Shown here: in pieces, positions 1-13,310 of the stretch
Layout: each line of letters begins with the position of its first letter
Position numbering within the stretch: the first letter of the stretch is position 1
Assembly: GCA_965261005.1 (NCBI GenBank)
Contig: OZ253375.1
Location: 1,056,001-1,120,000, forward strand
Direction of reading: 5' to 3'
DNA: 64,000 nt
Source: Deinococcus sp.
GTDB taxonomy: Bacteria > Deinococcota > Deinococci > Deinococcales > Deinococcaceae
The notes under the pieces: generated by a model
What the model was told of the DNA's origin: nothing
Seen by the model: the letters and a program-made list of their open reading frames with translations, nothing else
Databases searched by the model: none
Made by a program: the position numbers and the translations under genes

Positions 1-1996
1 GGTAGCCTTGCAGACGTTCGGGCAACAACAGCTCCAGCGCGCGCAGTTGCGCGTCCGTCTCGACGCCCTCGGCCACCACCGAGAGGTCCAGCGCGTGGGC
101 CAGCGCCACAATGGCCTGCACGATGCGGCGGGCGCCCCCATCCTGCTCAAGGTCGCGCACAAAGCTGCGGTCAATCTTGAGGCTGTCGAAGGGCAGGCGC
201 AGCAGGTAGCTGAGCGCCGAGTGACCGGTGCCGAAGTCGTCCAGCGACAAGCGGACGCCGAGGGCACGCAGGGCGGCGATCTTGGCGGCGGCGCCATCCA
301 AATCGGCCACAATGGTGCGCTCGGTCAGCTCCAACTCTAAGGCGCTCGGCGGCAGACTGTGCCGCACAAGGGCGCGCTCAACGCCGCGCACGAAGTCCTC
401 GCGCGCCAGCTGAAGCGGGGACACGTTCACGGCCACGCGCAGCGACGGCCTCGCGCGCCGCCACACGGCCAGCTGCCGACACGCCTCATTCAGCACCCAC
501 TCGCCGAGGGGCACGATCAGCCCGCTGTCCTCGGCCACCGGAATAAAACGGTCGGGCGTGACCCAGCCGAGCTGTGGGCTGTGCCAGCGCGCCAGCGCCT
601 CGAAGCCGGCCACCGGGCCGTATGCCTGAGTTGGTCGCCCCGTTCTCCGCACCGCAAACTGAGCTTGGTAGTGCAAGCTGATCTCGCCCTCGTCGAGCGC
701 CCGGCGAAGTTGCCCTTCCAGCTCCATGCGGGCGAGGGCCGCCGTATTCATGTGCGACGAGAAAAAGCACACGTCATTTTTGCCGGTGTGCTTGGCGCGG
801 TACATCGCCACGTCGGCGTGCTTTTGCAAGGTCGCCGCGTCCTCGCCGTCGTGCGGGTAGACGCTCACGCCGATGGAGGTGGACATCATCAAGCTGTGGC
901 CGCGCACCAACAGGGGGCGTGCGAGGGTGTGCAGCAGTTTGTGGGCGATCCCGCGCAGCGCCTCGTTGCTGACCATTCCGGCGATCAACACCGTGAACTC
1001 GTCGCCGCCCAGGCGCGCGATCATGTCGCTTTCGCGCAGGACGTCGCGAAAGCGGGACGCCACCTGTTGCAAGAGTTCGTCGCCCACGTCGTGACCGAGG
1101 GTGTCGTTGACCAGCTTGAAGCCGTCGAGGTCGAGGAACATCACGGCCAGCTCCGCGCCGTCTTCCTGGGCGCCGCGCACGGCTTGGCGCAAACGGTCCT
1201 CGAACAAGCTGCGGTTCGGGAGGCCGGTCAGGGCGTCGTGCTGCGCCAAGTGGACCAGTTGGCGCTCCATCTTCTTAAAGGCCGTCACGTCGCGCTGCAC
1301 GATCACCAGTTGGGAGCGCGCGCCTTGCACCGCGTCCACGCTCAGGTCAACGTAGGCCGTGTCGCCGGCGCCCGTCTGCGTGAGCAGCTGGCCCGAAAAC
1401 GGCCGGCCACGTTTGAGGGCCACGCGGGCGCCCGAAAGCCACGCCTCGCCGGCGCTCAGGCCCATCAGCGGCAGCGCCAACTGGCCCACCACGTCGTCCT
1501 CGCGGCCGATCATGCGCTTGAAGCCAGTGTTGGCGAACAGCACCGTCGGCCCCTCGCCGCTCAGCTTGGCGTCGGTGATCAGGATGCCGTCGCGCGTGCT
1601 TTGCACAGCCGCCTCTAGCTGCTTGAGGCGGTCCGCTTGATGCTTGATGGCGCGCACAGTCTGGCCGAGCCAGCCGGCGCACAACCCGAAAAGAACGTTT
1701 ACGACGCCGCTCAGAACGGCCGCGGCCAAAACTTGGTTCGCCATCGAGGGCAGGTTGCCGTTGGCGCTGAAAATGACCTCTTTGAAGAGCACGGCCAGCA
1801 AACCGAGCGCCACGCCGCCGCGCTTGCCAAAGTACCAACCGGCCGGCGCGACAAGGGGCAGCGCAAAGACGCCGATCACCGGGCCGAGGGGAGCAATCAG
1901 CGTCAACAGCAGGACGATGTACAGCGCCGGGGCCAGCACGAACAGCAGCACAAAGAGGAGGGGGCGGGGAGTCTTCAAGGCGACCTCGACGGACAT
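1..1996 (-). CDS. Membrane-anchored PAS-GGDEF-EAL diguanylate cyclase/phosphodiesterase (3' end runs off the window)
   Basis: Not in the ORF track; translated by hand from ATG at 1996: hydrophobic N-terminus, PAS-like DGILITDA...VLFANTGF, LRESDMIARLGGDEF (RxxD I-site plus GGDEF), GFEALARW, DDFGTGHSALSYL, KIDRSF, VVAEGVET, QGY at the edge. Confidence 0.93.
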   Translation of the reverse strand, partial: MSVEVALKTPRPLLFVLLFVLAPALYIVLLLTLIAPLGPVIGVFALPLVAPAGWYFGKRGGVALGLLAVLFKEVIFSANGNLPSMANQVLAAAVLSGVVNVLFGLCAGWLGQTVRAIKHQADRLKQLEAAVQSTRDGILITDAKLSGEGPTVLFANTGFKRMIGREDDVVGQLALPLMGLSAGEAWLSGARVALKRGRPFSGQLLTQTGAGDTAYVDLSVDAVQGARSQLVIVQRDVTAFKKMERQLVHLAQHDALTGLPNRSLFEDRLRQAVRGAQEDGAELAVMFLDLDGFKLVNDTLGHDVGDELLQQVASRFRDVLRESDMIARLGGDEFTVLIAGMVSNEALRGIAHKLLHTLARPLLVRGHSLMMSTSIGVSVYPHDGEDAATLQKHADVAMYRAKHTGKNDVCFFSSHMNTAALARMELEGQLRRALDEGEISLHYQAQFAVRRTGRPTQAYGPVAGFEALARWHSPQLGWVTPDRFIPVAEDSGLIVPLGEWVLNEACRQLAVWRRARPSLRVAVNVSPLQLAREDFVRGVERALVRHSLPPSALELELTERTIVADLDGAAAKIAALRALGVRLSLDDFGTGHSALSYLLRLPFDSLKIDRSFVRDLEQDGGARRIVQAIVALAHALDLSVVAEGVETDAQLRALELLLPERLQGY

Positions 1997-2065
1997 CGTG
2001 TCACACCTGAACTCACCGAACTCTTACAAGGCGGGCGTCCACAGCAAGCGTCAGGCCAGCAAAGG

Positions 2066-2620
2066 TTAGGCCAGCACGCGGTCATGCCAAGTCAGCTGGG
2101 CGCCCCAGCCGGCCAGCCAGCGGTCCACGTCGTAGCGCGCCCGCGCAAGGCCATTCAGCACTTCGTGCGCCCGCTCCACCGCGCGCCACGCCTCCCCCGG
2201 CGCGATCAGGCCGGCGGCGCGGGCCGCGAGCAGTTCGGGCGTGTCCAGAATCTCGGCGCCCGCGCCCGTCCAGACGACCAAGTCCAGGTACAAGTCGCGC
2301 ACGGTCCACAGCGACCCCTCGCGCGTCACGTCCGCCACATCTATGTAGTAATCGAATTCCCGGCGTCCCCCGTGGAGTTCGTAGCGGCAGAGTTGCACGC
2401 CCAACTCGGGCAGCAGGTGCGCTTCCCAAAACGCGACGCGCGGATGGTTGTAAAACGGCCGCGCGACGTACAAGCCGCGCTCGTGTTCCCGGTACGTCTC
2501 CACCGCGCGCACGCCGGTGTTGGTGTGGTGTTCGCACCTGGATGTGTCGTGCCGCTCAGTTTTAACGGGGTGGGCCGGAACCGGGTGCGCTGAGACCGGG
2601 TGCGTGGGGGCTGACGGCAT
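2066..2620 (-). CDS. DUF402 family protein
   Basis: DYYIDVADV...WTVRDLYLDLVV...EILD..EL motif pattern typical of DUF402. Confidence 0.75.
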   Translation of the reverse strand: MPSAPTHPVSAHPVPAHPVKTERHDTSRCEHHTNTGVRAVETYREHERGLYVARPFYNHPRVAFWEAHLLPELGVQLCRYELHGGRREFDYYIDVADVTREGSLWTVRDLYLDLVVWTGAGAEILDTPELLAARAAGLIAPGEAWRAVERAHEVLNGLARARYDVDRWLAGWGAQLTWHDRVLA

Positions 2621-2666
2621 GCTGTATCGTACCCGACCGTAGCTGAAGCCGGCATGAATTTGTTCT

Positions 2667-5189
<2,523 letters not shown>

Positions 5190-5280
5190 CGGCCGTGAGT
5201 CTAAGGCGCCGGGGCTTGAGAGATGGTGGCGCGCCTCGCGTCACCTTGTCGCCATCCTGGACACCCTACACTCGCCCTGC

Positions 5281-6504
5281 GTGACCACCCCGCCCACCCT
5301 TTCCCGCCTGCGTCTGCGCGTCACCCCAACCGCCGAGGCGCGGCTGCGCGGCGGCCATCCCTGGCTGTACGAGGGGAGCGTGCGGGAACAGAACCGGCCC
5401 GGCGCGGCCGGCGAGCTGGCCGTGGTGTTCGACCGCCGCGACAAGTTCCTGGCGGTCGGGCTGTTTGACCCGGCCTCGCCCCTGCGGCTGCGCGTGCTGC
5501 ACGCGGGCAGGCCGCAGGAGATTGACGCGGCGTGGTGGGCGGGGCGGCTGGACGCGGCCTTGGAGCGGCGCGCGGGGCTGTTCGGTTCCGACACCGACGG
5601 CTACAGAATGATCAACGGCGAGAGCGACGGCTGGCCCGGCTTGGTCCTCGACCGCTACGCGGACGTGTTGGTCCTCAAGCTGTACACGGCGGCGTGGTTT
5701 CCACATCTGGGGACGCTGCTGCCCCTGTTTGAGGCTCGGTTGGGCGCGGGGAGCGTCGTGCTGCGCCTTAGCCGCAACGTTCAGGAAGCGGCAGGTGCCT
5801 TTGGGCTGAGCGACGGCGCCGTGCTGGCGGGCGAACTTACCGAGGGTCCGGTCATCTTCAACGAATCGGGCCTGCGCTTCGGGGCCGACGTGGTGCGCGG
5901 GCAGAAGACCGGCTTCTTCCTCGACCAGCGTGACAACCGCCGCTTGATCGGGGAGCTGGCGGCGGGGCGGCGGGTGCTGAACGCCTTCAGCTTTTCGGGG
6001 GGCTTCTCGCTGTACGCGGCGCGCGGCGGGGCAGTGTCGGCTGTCAGCCTCGACATCAGCGCCCACGCCCTCGCGGCGGCGCGGCACAACTTCGCCCTGA
6101 ACGCGCACCTGCCGGGCGTCGCCGCCTGCCAGCACGAGACGGCGCGGGCCGACGTGTTCGCTTGGCTGGCGGGGACGCAGCGCAGCTTCGACTTGATCGT
6201 GCTGGACCCACCCTCGCTGGCGAGGCGCGAGGGGGAACGTGAGGGGGCCGTGCGCGCCTACGCCCGCCTGGCGGACCTGGCGCTCTCGCGGTTGGAGGCG
6301 GGCGGCGTGCTGGTGGCGGCGTCGTGCTCGGCGCACGTCTCGGAGCAGGAATTCTTCGCGGCGGTGCGCGGGGTGGCCGTGCGCTCGGGCCGTGCCTGGC
6401 GCGAGCTGATGACCACCGGCCACGCGCCCGACCACCCGGTCAGCTTTCCCGAGGCGCGCTACCTCAAGGCGATCTATCTGGCGTTTGGTGAGCGGCCTGT
6501 TTGA
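5281..6504 (+). CDS. RlmI-family 23S rRNA m5C methyltransferase (PUA + SAM domains)
   Basis: [70 protein letters not shown] start at 5281 preceded by TACACT (5267-5272). Confidence 0.9.
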   Translation: MTTPPTLSRLRLRVTPTAEARLRGGHPWLYEGSVREQNRPGAAGELAVVFDRRDKFLAVGLFDPASPLRLRVLHAGRPQEIDAAWWAGRLDAALERRAGLFGSDTDGYRMINGESDGWPGLVLDRYADVLVLKLYTAAWFPHLGTLLPLFEARLGAGSVVLRLSRNVQEAAGAFGLSDGAVLAGELTEGPVIFNESGLRFGADVVRGQKTGFFLDQRDNRRLIGELAAGRRVLNAFSFSGGFSLYAARGGAVSAVSLDISAHALAAARHNFALNAHLPGVAACQHETARADVFAWLAGTQRSFDLIVLDPPSLARREGEREGAVRAYARLADLALSRLEAGGVLVAASCSAHVSEQEFFAAVRGVAVRSGRAWRELMTTGHAPDHPVSFPEARYLKAIYLAFGERPV

Positions 6505-6769
6505 GCGCCCGCACCCCTCCCGGCAGGTGCGCCGCGTCCAGACCGTCGGCGCGCAGGTAGAGGGCGGCGACATTGCTGCGCAGCCCGACCTCGCACACCA
6601 CGACCACCCGCCCCGTGAGGCCGTGCTCTTTCCTCTCGATGCGCTCCAGGCTGGACACGACCACCGGGTTGGGCAACAGCTTCTCCAGCGGCTCGCGCCA
6701 GCGCAGCTCCTGCGGGCGAATGTCCACCACGGTCACGCCGGGGTCGGGGAGGGTCGGGTCGGGCGGCAT
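6464..6769 (-). CDS. Rhodanese-like domain protein
   Basis: VVDIRP...[22 protein letters not shown]...HLPGGV; leaderless TAGACT 6 nt upstream. Confidence 0.85.
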   Translation of the reverse strand: MPPDPTLPDPGVTVVDIRPQELRWREPLEKLLPNPVVVSSLERIERKEHGLTGRVVVVCEVGLRSNVAALYLRADGLDAAHLPGGVRALKQAAHQTPDRSP

Positions 6770-6812
6770 GGGGGCAGTCTAGCGGCGCGGCGCCGGGATG
6801 GTAGGGTGACCC

Positions 6813-7517
6813 ATGAAGCTCAACGCCAAAAGCACCATGCTCGTCCTCTGCGCGCTCGGTCTCGCGTTCGCCGCCGATTATCCCGTTCAGAACGTCTCGC
6901 GGCCCCTCACGGGCGTCCAGCGGGCCGTGGTGCAGCTCAAGGTGGGCGCCGCGCGGCTGAACGTCTCCGCCTTGGCGGGTGGTCAAAACCTGATTCAGGG
7001 CGCGCTGGAGTTGCCAGAGAACGTGCGGATTGACTAGGGGTACAAGGTCAGCGGCGGCACCGCCACCGTCAGCTACGCGCAGGGGGCGTCCGGCCTCAAC
7101 CTGGGGCTGTTTTCCTCGGGGAACGCCCCGTCTTGGGCCTTTCGCCTGAGCGCGGCCGTCCCCATTGATTTCAACGTCCAGAGCGGCGTGGGCGAGAGCC
7201 GGCTCGACCTCGGCGGCCTCAAGCTCTCGCACCTGTCGGTGGAGAGCGGCGTGGGCGACACCATCGTGACGCTGCCAAAGGCGGGGACGTACTCGGCCGA
7301 CGTTCAGGGCGGCGTCGGCGACACCACCGTCAATATTCCAAAGGGCCTGCCCGTGCGCGTCCAGACCGACGTGGGCCTGGGCAAGATGAGCGTACTCGGC
7401 CCCTTCGAGAAGCGCGGCGACGCCTACGTCAGCCCCAGCTACGACGGGGCGCGGGACCGGGTGGACTTACAAATAGAGGGCGGCGTTGGCAGCGTGACCG
7501 TGCGGCTGGGCCAGTGA
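6813..7517 (+). pseudogene. Secreted toast-rack/DUF2154-like beta-repeat protein interrupted by an in-frame TAG (7035-7037)
   Basis: ORFs 6813-7037 and 7188-7517 are in the same frame and the sequence between them is open; signal peptide, repeated xGVGxxxV units. Confidence 0.8.
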
Positions 7518-7527
7518 GAGGGGCGGG

Positions 7528-8382
7528 TCAGGCCGGCAGCAAGTCCAGCACGACCACCTCGGGCGGGCAGTTTAGGCGCAGCGGCACGGCCGTCACGCCC
7601 AGGCCGCGCGACACGAAGCCCAGCGCGCCGGCGTGCTGGACGCCCGGTTTGCCTTCGGCGTCGCTGACCGCGACCTCGTCGCCGCGTACCCAGCCTTGCA
7701 CCTTGCGGCCCAAGGTCGAGCGGTAGACGGGGCCGAGGCCCGGCAAGCGAACTTGTCCACCGTGGGTGTGGCCGGTCAGGGTGAGGTCCACCCGCGCCGG
7801 CACGTAGGGAAGGTAGTCCGGGTTGTGCGCCAGCAGCACGGTTGCCCCACCCCGGTAGCCGCCCAGGGCCGCCCCAAGGTCCTGCTCGCCAAACCACCAG
7901 TCGTCCACGCCCGCCAGGTACAGGTCGTCTCTCAGCTGAAGCCCCGCATTGTTGATCAGGCGGACGCCCGCTTCCCGCAGGTTTCCGGCAAAGGCGCGGC
8001 GCGTGGCCCCGGTGTTCAGGCTGGTCCAGTCGTGGTTGCCCCACACCCCATACACGCCCAGCGGCGCGCGCAGCCGCGACAGCTCCGCGAGCAAACCGGC
8101 GTGGCCGCGCGGATTGAGCGAGCTGTCGAGAAAGTCCCCGGTGATCACGATCAGGTCGGCCCGCACCGCGAGCGCCGCGTCCACCCAGCGCCGTACGCTG
8201 GCGCGGCCGATGAAAAGGCCGTAGTGGAGGTCGCTCAACTGCGCTACCCGCACGGGCGCCGTGAGGCCGGGCAGCGGCAAGCTGTGCTCGCTGATCACAA
8301 AACGGTAGACGTTGGCCCAACTCGCCAGCGAGATAGGCAGGGGCAGCCACGCCGCAGCGCGAAGCGCGCGCCCGAAGTTCAT
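7528..8382 (-). CDS. Metallophosphoesterase (YkuE/YaeI-like)
   Basis: [37 protein letters not shown] at 8382. Confidence 0.9.
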   Translation of the reverse strand: MNFGRALRAAAWLPLPISLASWANVYRFVISEHSLPLPGLTAPVRVAQLSDLHYGLFIGRASVRRWVDAALAVRADLIVITGDFLDSSLNPRGHAGLLAELSRLRAPLGVYGVWGNHDWTSLNTGATRRAFAGNLREAGVRLINNAGLQLRDDLYLAGVDDWWFGEQDLGAALGGYRGGATVLLAHNPDYLPYVPARVDLTLTGHTHGGQVRLPGLGPVYRSTLGRKVQGWVRGDEVAVSDAEGKPGVQHAGALGFVSRGLGVTAVPLRLNCPPEVVVLDLLPA

Positions 8383-8435
8383 GCCTGACCTTGGCTTACC
8401 GGCGCGGGTTGACCGGCCCCCTGCATCACGCCCGA

Positions 8436-9281
8436 TCACGCCGGCAGCAAGTCCAGCGCAACCACCTCGGGCGGGCAGTTCAGGCGCAGCGGCAAGCCGG
8501 TCACGCCCAGGCCGCGCGACACGAAGCCGGGGGCGGGGCCGGACACGAACCCCCGCGCGAAGCGCTCGCCGTAGCGCGAGGAGGTCATAATCGCCCCGAC
8601 CAGCGGCAGCCGCACCTGGCCGCCGTGGGTGTGGCCGCACACGGTCAGCCCCACCGACGCCGGCACCCCCGGCAGCACGTCGGGGTTGTGGCTCATCAGC
8701 AGCGTGGCGCCCGTTCCTGAACCGCGCAGGGCCGCCGGTAAATGCACCCCGCCGTGCCACAGGTCGTCCAAGCCGGCGAGGTACAGGTCGCCGCGCACCT
8801 GAACGCCCGCGTCGAGCAGAATGCGCACGCCGGCCGCCGCAAGCTGCCGCGCGAACTCCTTTTGGCGCTGCGGCCAGTCGGGGCGCCAGCCCAGCTTCCG
8901 GCGCTCGGGGCCGCCGAAGCTGGCGTAGTCGTGGTTGCCCCACACGCCCCACACACCCAAGGGCGCCTTGAGACGCGACAGCTCGGCGAACAGCGGCGCC
9001 ACGCTGCCCTCCACGTCGGCGTCCACGAAGTCCCCGGTGACCAGGATCAGGTCGGGCCGTTCACGCAGCGCGGCGTCCACCCAGACGCGCACCGAGGCCG
9101 CCCCGATAAAGGGGCCGTAGTGCAGGTCGCTCAGCTGCACTACGCGCAGCGGGCGCTTCAGGCCGGGCAGTGTGCGGGTGTGCCGCGTCACCTGCGGGCG
9201 GTAGACCTCGGCCACCGGCGCGGCGCCCAGCGCGAGGGCACCGAACCCCGAGGTCAAAAAGGCGCGCCGGGAAAGCTTCAT
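8436..9281 (-). CDS. Metallophosphoesterase (YkuE-like) with twin-arginine signal
   Basis: [11 protein letters not shown]at motif; SDLH, TGDFVD, GNHD, SHNPD, GHTHGGQ; ATG at 9281. Confidence 0.9.
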   Translation of the reverse strand: MKLSRRAFLTSGFGALALGAAPVAEVYRPQVTRHTRTLPGLKRPLRVVQLSDLHYGPFIGAASVRVWVDAALRERPDLILVTGDFVDADVEGSVAPLFAELSRLKAPLGVWGVWGNHDYASFGGPERRKLGWRPDWPQRQKEFARQLAAAGVRILLDAGVQVRGDLYLAGLDDLWHGGVHLPAALRGSGTGATLLMSHNPDVLPGVPASVGLTVCGHTHGGQVRLPLVGAIMTSSRYGERFARGFVSGPAPGFVSRGLGVTGLPLRLNCPPEVVALDLLPA

Positions 9282-9304
9282 GCTGCGAATACTATACAGG
9301 CGAT

Positions 9305-10807
9305 ATGAGCGCCCTCGAAATTGTCCTGGCCCAGATTCAGACCCTCGACCCGGCCACCCCATATACAGAGGCCGTCCTGATCGGCGGCGGGTGGGTGCTG
9401 GCCGCCGGCTCCCGCGAGGACGTGCGCGCCCTGGCCCCTGGGGCCGAGCTGCACGACCACCGCGACCTGGTCCTGACCCCCGGCCTCACCGACGCGCACG
9501 TCCACTTGGTCGGCTACGGCTTTGCGCTGGGCAACCTCGACCTCGCCGGAAGCGGCAGCGTCGGGGAGGTGCGCGCCCGGCTGCGGGCGCGGGTGGAGGG
9601 CACACCCCCCGGCCAATGGATTCAGGGCGGCGGCTTCACCCTCTCGGAGCTGGGCCTGAGCGGTTACCCCACGGCAACCGACCTCGACGAGGTCTCCCCC
9701 GACCACCCGGTCTTGCTGTACTCGCGCGACCTGCACCTGGGCTGGGCCAACTCGCTCGCGCTGCGCCTCGCCGGCGTGCGCGAGGACACCCCCGACCCGA
9801 AAGGAGGTCAGGTCGTGCGCCCGCTGGGCACGCTGCTGGAGTACGCCAAGGACCTGATCACGCGGGTCATGCCGGCGCCCACGCCGGGCGAGTACCTGGA
9901 GGCGGCACGGCGCGGCGCGCGGGACTTCGCCGCGCGCGGCTTCACGGCCGTTCACAGCATGGGCTACGAAGGGCCGGAGGCGCTGCGGGCCGTCATGGAA
10001 CTCGACGCGCGCGGCGAGCTGCCGCTGCGGGTCTGGGCCTGCCTGGATCAGGGGCGGCTGGAAAGCTTCGCGGAGGTCGGCCTCTTTGGCAACGCGGGCG
10101 GCAACGTCCAGCTCGGCGGGCTGAAGTTCTTCGCCGACGGCGCGCTGGGCAGCCGCACCGCCTGGCTGCTGCCGCCCGGCTACGCGGACGGAAGCGGCGA
10201 GGGGATGCCGCTGCACGCGCCCGAGCTGATCCGCGAGCGGGGCCGCATGGCCTTGGAGCTGGGCCTCATCCCCGTCACGCACGCCATCGGCGACCGGGCC
10301 AACCGCGAGGTGCTCAGCGCCTACGAGGACTTGGCCGCCCTCGCCCGCGAGAAGGGCCTGCGCCTCAGAATCGAGCACGCCCAGCACCTCGCCCCGCAGG
10401 ACATTCCGCGCTTCGGGCAGCTCGGCGTCACGGCCTCGGTGCAGCCGATTCACTTGCCGGGGGACGGGCCGGCCATTCGCGCGCTGCTGCCGCAACATGC
10501 TCACACCAGCTACGCCTTTCGCTCGCTGCTGCGTTCGGGCGCCCTGCTGGTCCTCGGCTCGGACGCGCCGGTGGCCCCACCGGACGTGGCGGCCACCTTT
10601 CGCGCGGCGACGGAACGGCTGGATACAAACGGCGACCCCCTCGCCCCAGAGGAGGCCCTGACCCCACAGGAAGTGCTGTTCGCCTACACGCGCGGCCCCG
10701 CCCTCGCGGTGGGCTGGGAGGATGACGGCGTGATCCGGCCGGGCGCGCGGGCACACTTCACCCTGTGGGACGAGGTGGGCGGGGCCGCGCGAACGTTCAC
10801 CCCCTGA
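9305..10807 (+). CDS. YtcJ-like amidohydrolase (Amidohydro_3)
   Basis: [42 protein letters not shown]. Confidence 0.9.
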   Translation: MSALEIVLAQIQTLDPATPYTEAVLIGGGWVLAAGSREDVRALAPGAELHDHRDLVLTPGLTDAHVHLVGYGFALGNLDLAGSGSVGEVRARLRARVEGTPPGQWIQGGGFTLSELGLSGYPTATDLDEVSPDHPVLLYSRDLHLGWANSLALRLAGVREDTPDPKGGQVVRPLGTLLEYAKDLITRVMPAPTPGEYLEAARRGARDFAARGFTAVHSMGYEGPEALRAVMELDARGELPLRVWACLDQGRLESFAEVGLFGNAGGNVQLGGLKFFADGALGSRTAWLLPPGYADGSGEGMPLHAPELIRERGRMALELGLIPVTHAIGDRANREVLSAYEDLAALAREKGLRLRIEHAQHLAPQDIPRFGQLGVTASVQPIHLPGDGPAIRALLPQHAHTSYAFRSLLRSGALLVLGSDAPVAPPDVAATFRAATERLDTNGDPLAPEEALTPQEVLFAYTRGPALAVGWEDDGVIRPGARAHFTLWDEVGGAARTFTP

Positions 10808-10815
10808 CTCATCCT

Positions 10816-10843
10816 ACTCATATTCTAAAATCGGATTATGAGT
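10816..10843. promoter_or_regulatory. AT-rich inverted repeat upstream of the NAD salvage operon (candidate operator)
   Basis: ACTCATA-N14-TATGAGT immediately before the AAGGAGG RBS of nadM. Confidence 0.45.
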
Positions 10844-10856
10844 TAAAGGAGGAGCC

Positions 10857-11882
10857 GTGCGACGCACCAAATACGCCTTCGGGGTCTACATCGGACGCTT
10901 CGAGCCGCCGCACAGCGCGCACTTGGCGGTGATGCTGGAAGCCCTTTCGCGCGTTCACAAGCTGATCGTGGTGGTCGGCTCGGCCAAGAGCGCGCGCAGC
11001 GTCAAGAATCCCTGGACCGCCGAGGAACGGGAAACCTTGATCGCGGACATGCTGACGGCGGCGGGTATCGCGCGCTCCAGGCTGCTGTTCACGCAGGTGC
11101 GCGACTACTTCTACAACGAGTCCTTGTGGCTGTCGGAGGTGCAGCGCGGCGTGAGCGGCTTCACGCGCGGCAGCGGCGACGTCGCGCTGGTCGGCCACCT
11201 CAAGGACGCCTCCAGCTACTACCTGCGCTCGTTTCCGGCCTGGGAATATTTGCCGACAAAAGTCGAGTCCCCCCTGAGCGCCACCGAGGTGCGGCGGCTG
11301 TACTTCTCGGGGGACCTCCGTGACACCGAGAAGTACGTGCCGGGAACGGTGGCGCGCTTTCTGGAAGACTTCGCGCGCACGCCCGAGTTCGCCGCGCTGC
11401 GGGCCGAGTTCGACTACCTGCGCGACTACCGGGCGCGCTGGAGGGGCGCCCCCTTCGAGCCGGTCTTCACCACCACCGACGCCGCCGTGCTCAGGAGCGG
11501 GCACGTCCTGCTGGTGAGGCGCGCCGAGCATCCCGGCAAGGGGCGGCTGGCGATGCCGGGCGGCTTTCTGAACGTGGGGGAAACGCTGCTGGAATCCTGC
11601 CTGCGCGAGCTGCGCGAGGAGACCGGCCTGGGGGGCACGCTGGACTTGGAGGCCGCCCTGCGCGGGCGCGCCGTCTTCGACTACCCGGAGCGGTCGCTGC
11701 GCGGCCGGACCGTCAGCCACGCTTTCTACTTCGACCTCGGCATCGGCCAGCTGCCCACGCTGCACGCCGGCAGCGACGCCGCAGGCGCCTTGTGGCTGCC
11801 GCTGGGCGAGGCCATGGCGCAGCCCGAGCAGTTTTTCGAGGATCACCACGCCATCATTGAGCACTTCTTGATGAAGGCTTAA
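10857..11882 (+). CDS. nadM: Bifunctional NMN adenylyltransferase / Nudix ADP-ribose hydrolase (NadM-Nudix)
   Basis: [36 protein letters not shown], then Nudix box [23 protein letters not shown] and FFEDH. Confidence 0.92.
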   Translation: MRRTKYAFGVYIGRFEPPHSAHLAVMLEALSRVHKLIVVVGSAKSARSVKNPWTAEERETLIADMLTAAGIARSRLLFTQVRDYFYNESLWLSEVQRGVSGFTRGSGDVALVGHLKDASSYYLRSFPAWEYLPTKVESPLSATEVRRLYFSGDLRDTEKYVPGTVARFLEDFARTPEFAALRAEFDYLRDYRARWRGAPFEPVFTTTDAAVLRSGHVLLVRRAEHPGKGRLAMPGGFLNVGETLLESCLRELREETGLGGTLDLEAALRGRAVFDYPERSLRGRTVSHAFYFDLGIGQLPTLHAGSDAAGALWLPLGEAMAQPEQFFEDHHAIIEHFLMKA

Positions 11883-11894
11883 AAGGAGACCAGT

Positions 11895-13310
11895 ATGACC
11901 GTTACGGAAGCGCCCGTCATTCACTTAAGCGACCACAACATTATTCTGGACACCGATTCGTATAAAGCAAGTCACTATCTGCAATATCCTCCGAACACCA
12001 CCAAGCTGTTTTCTTACCTGGAGTCGCGCGGCGGACGCTGGCCGGCCACCAAGTTCTTCGGTTTGCAATACCTGCTCAAGCGCTACCTGAGCACCCGAAT
12101 CACGGAGGCGATGGTCGAGGAGGCTGCCGGGCTGTTCGCAGCGCACGGCGAGCCGTTTCCCTTGGAGGGCTGGCGGCACGTGGCGCGCGATTTGGGGGGG
12201 CGGCTGCCGCTGGAGATTCGCGCGGTGCCCGAGGGCACCCTGGTGCCCAACCACAACGCCCTGATGACCGTGACGGGGACCGACCCACAGGTGCCGTGGC
12301 TGGTCGGCTGGTTCGAGACCATGCTGGTGCGGGTCTGGTATCCCACCACCGTCGCCACCCAAAGCCACTTCCTGCGCGAGATCATCCGGGCCGCCCTGGA
12401 GGAAACCGCCGACGACCCGGCGGCGGAGCTGCCCTTCAAGCTGCACGACTTCGGCTCGCGCGGGGTGTCCAGCCGCGAGTCGGCGGGCCTCGGCGGCCTC
12501 GCGCACCTGATTAACTTCCTCGGCAGCGACACGCTGGAGGCGCTGCGGCTGGCGCGCAACTACTACGGCGCGGACGTGGCCGGCTACAGCATTCCCGCCG
12601 CCGAGCACAGCACCGTGACCAGCTGGGGCAAGACGGGCGAGGTGGACGCTTACCGCAACATGGTCCGCACCTTTGGCAAGCCGGGGGCCACCTACGCCGT
12701 CGTGAGCGACAGCTACGACCTCAAGCACGCCATCAATCAGTTCTGGGGCACCGAACTCCGGGACGAGGTGATGGCCTCGGGGGCGACCTTGGTGGTGCGC
12801 CCGGACAGCGGCGACCCGCCCGCGATGGTCCGCTTGGCCGTGCGCGCCCTGGCCGCCAAGTTCGGCACGACCGTGAACGGCAAGGGCTATCAGGTGTTGA
12901 GGGGCGTGCGGGTGATTCAGGGGGACGGCATTGACGAGGAGAGCTTGCGCGAGATTCTGGCCGCCGTGACCGGCGACGGCTTCAGCGCCAGCAACGTCGG
13001 CTTCGGCATGGGCGGGGCGCTGCTCCAGCAGGTCAACCGCGACACCCAGAAGTTCGCCTACAAGACCAGCGCCGCCGAGGTGGACGGCCACTTTCGCGCG
13101 GTCTACAAGGACCCCGTGACCGACCCCGGCAAGCGCAGCAAGGACGGCGTGCTGGACTTGGCGAGGCAGGGAAACCGCCTTGTGACCCGGCAGTACCACG
13201 AGTTCGTGGACAGCTACCCGGACAGCGCCATGCGGACGGTCTTCAGGAACGGTGACTTGCTGATCGAGGACACCCTGGAGGACGTGCGGGTGCGCGGGGG
13301 AACCCTGTGA
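11895..13310 (+). CDS. nadV: Nicotinamide phosphoribosyltransferase (NAMPT)
   Basis: TDSYKASHYLQYP, LHDFGSRGVSS, SIPAAEHS, VVSDSYD, VRPDSGDP, IQGDG, GMGGALLQ..NRDT, KDPVTDPGKRSK. Confidence 0.92.
   Translation: MTVTEAPVIHLSDHNIILDTDSYKASHYLQYPPNTTKLFSYLESRGGRWPATKFFGLQYLLKRYLSTRITEAMVEEAAGLFAAHGEPFPLEGWRHVARDLGGRLPLEIRAVPEGTLVPNHNALMTVTGTDPQVPWLVGWFETMLVRVWYPTTVATQSHFLREIIRAALEETADDPAAELPFKLHDFGSRGVSSRESAGLGGLAHLINFLGSDTLEALRLARNYYGADVAGYSIPAAEHSTVTSWGKTGEVDAYRNMVRTFGKPGATYAVVSDSYDLKHAINQFWGTELRDEVMASGATLVVRPDSGDPPAMVRLAVRALAAKFGTTVNGKGYQVLRGVRVIQGDGIDEESLREILAAVTGDGFSASNVGFGMGGALLQQVNRDTQKFAYKTSAAEVDGHFRAVYKDPVTDPGKRSKDGVLDLARQGNRLVTRQYHEFVDSYPDSAMRTVFRNGDLLIEDTLEDVRVRGGTL

Noticed and set aside
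7528..8952. 474-aa ORF suggesting a fused or extended phosphoesterase
   Set aside because: The extension is an alternative frame of the upstream paralog; homology begins at ATG 8382.
10857..13310. NAMPT plus NMNAT as a phage-type NAD reconstitution (anti-defence) module
   Set aside because: Embedded among housekeeping genes with no phage context; ordinary bacterial salvage operon.
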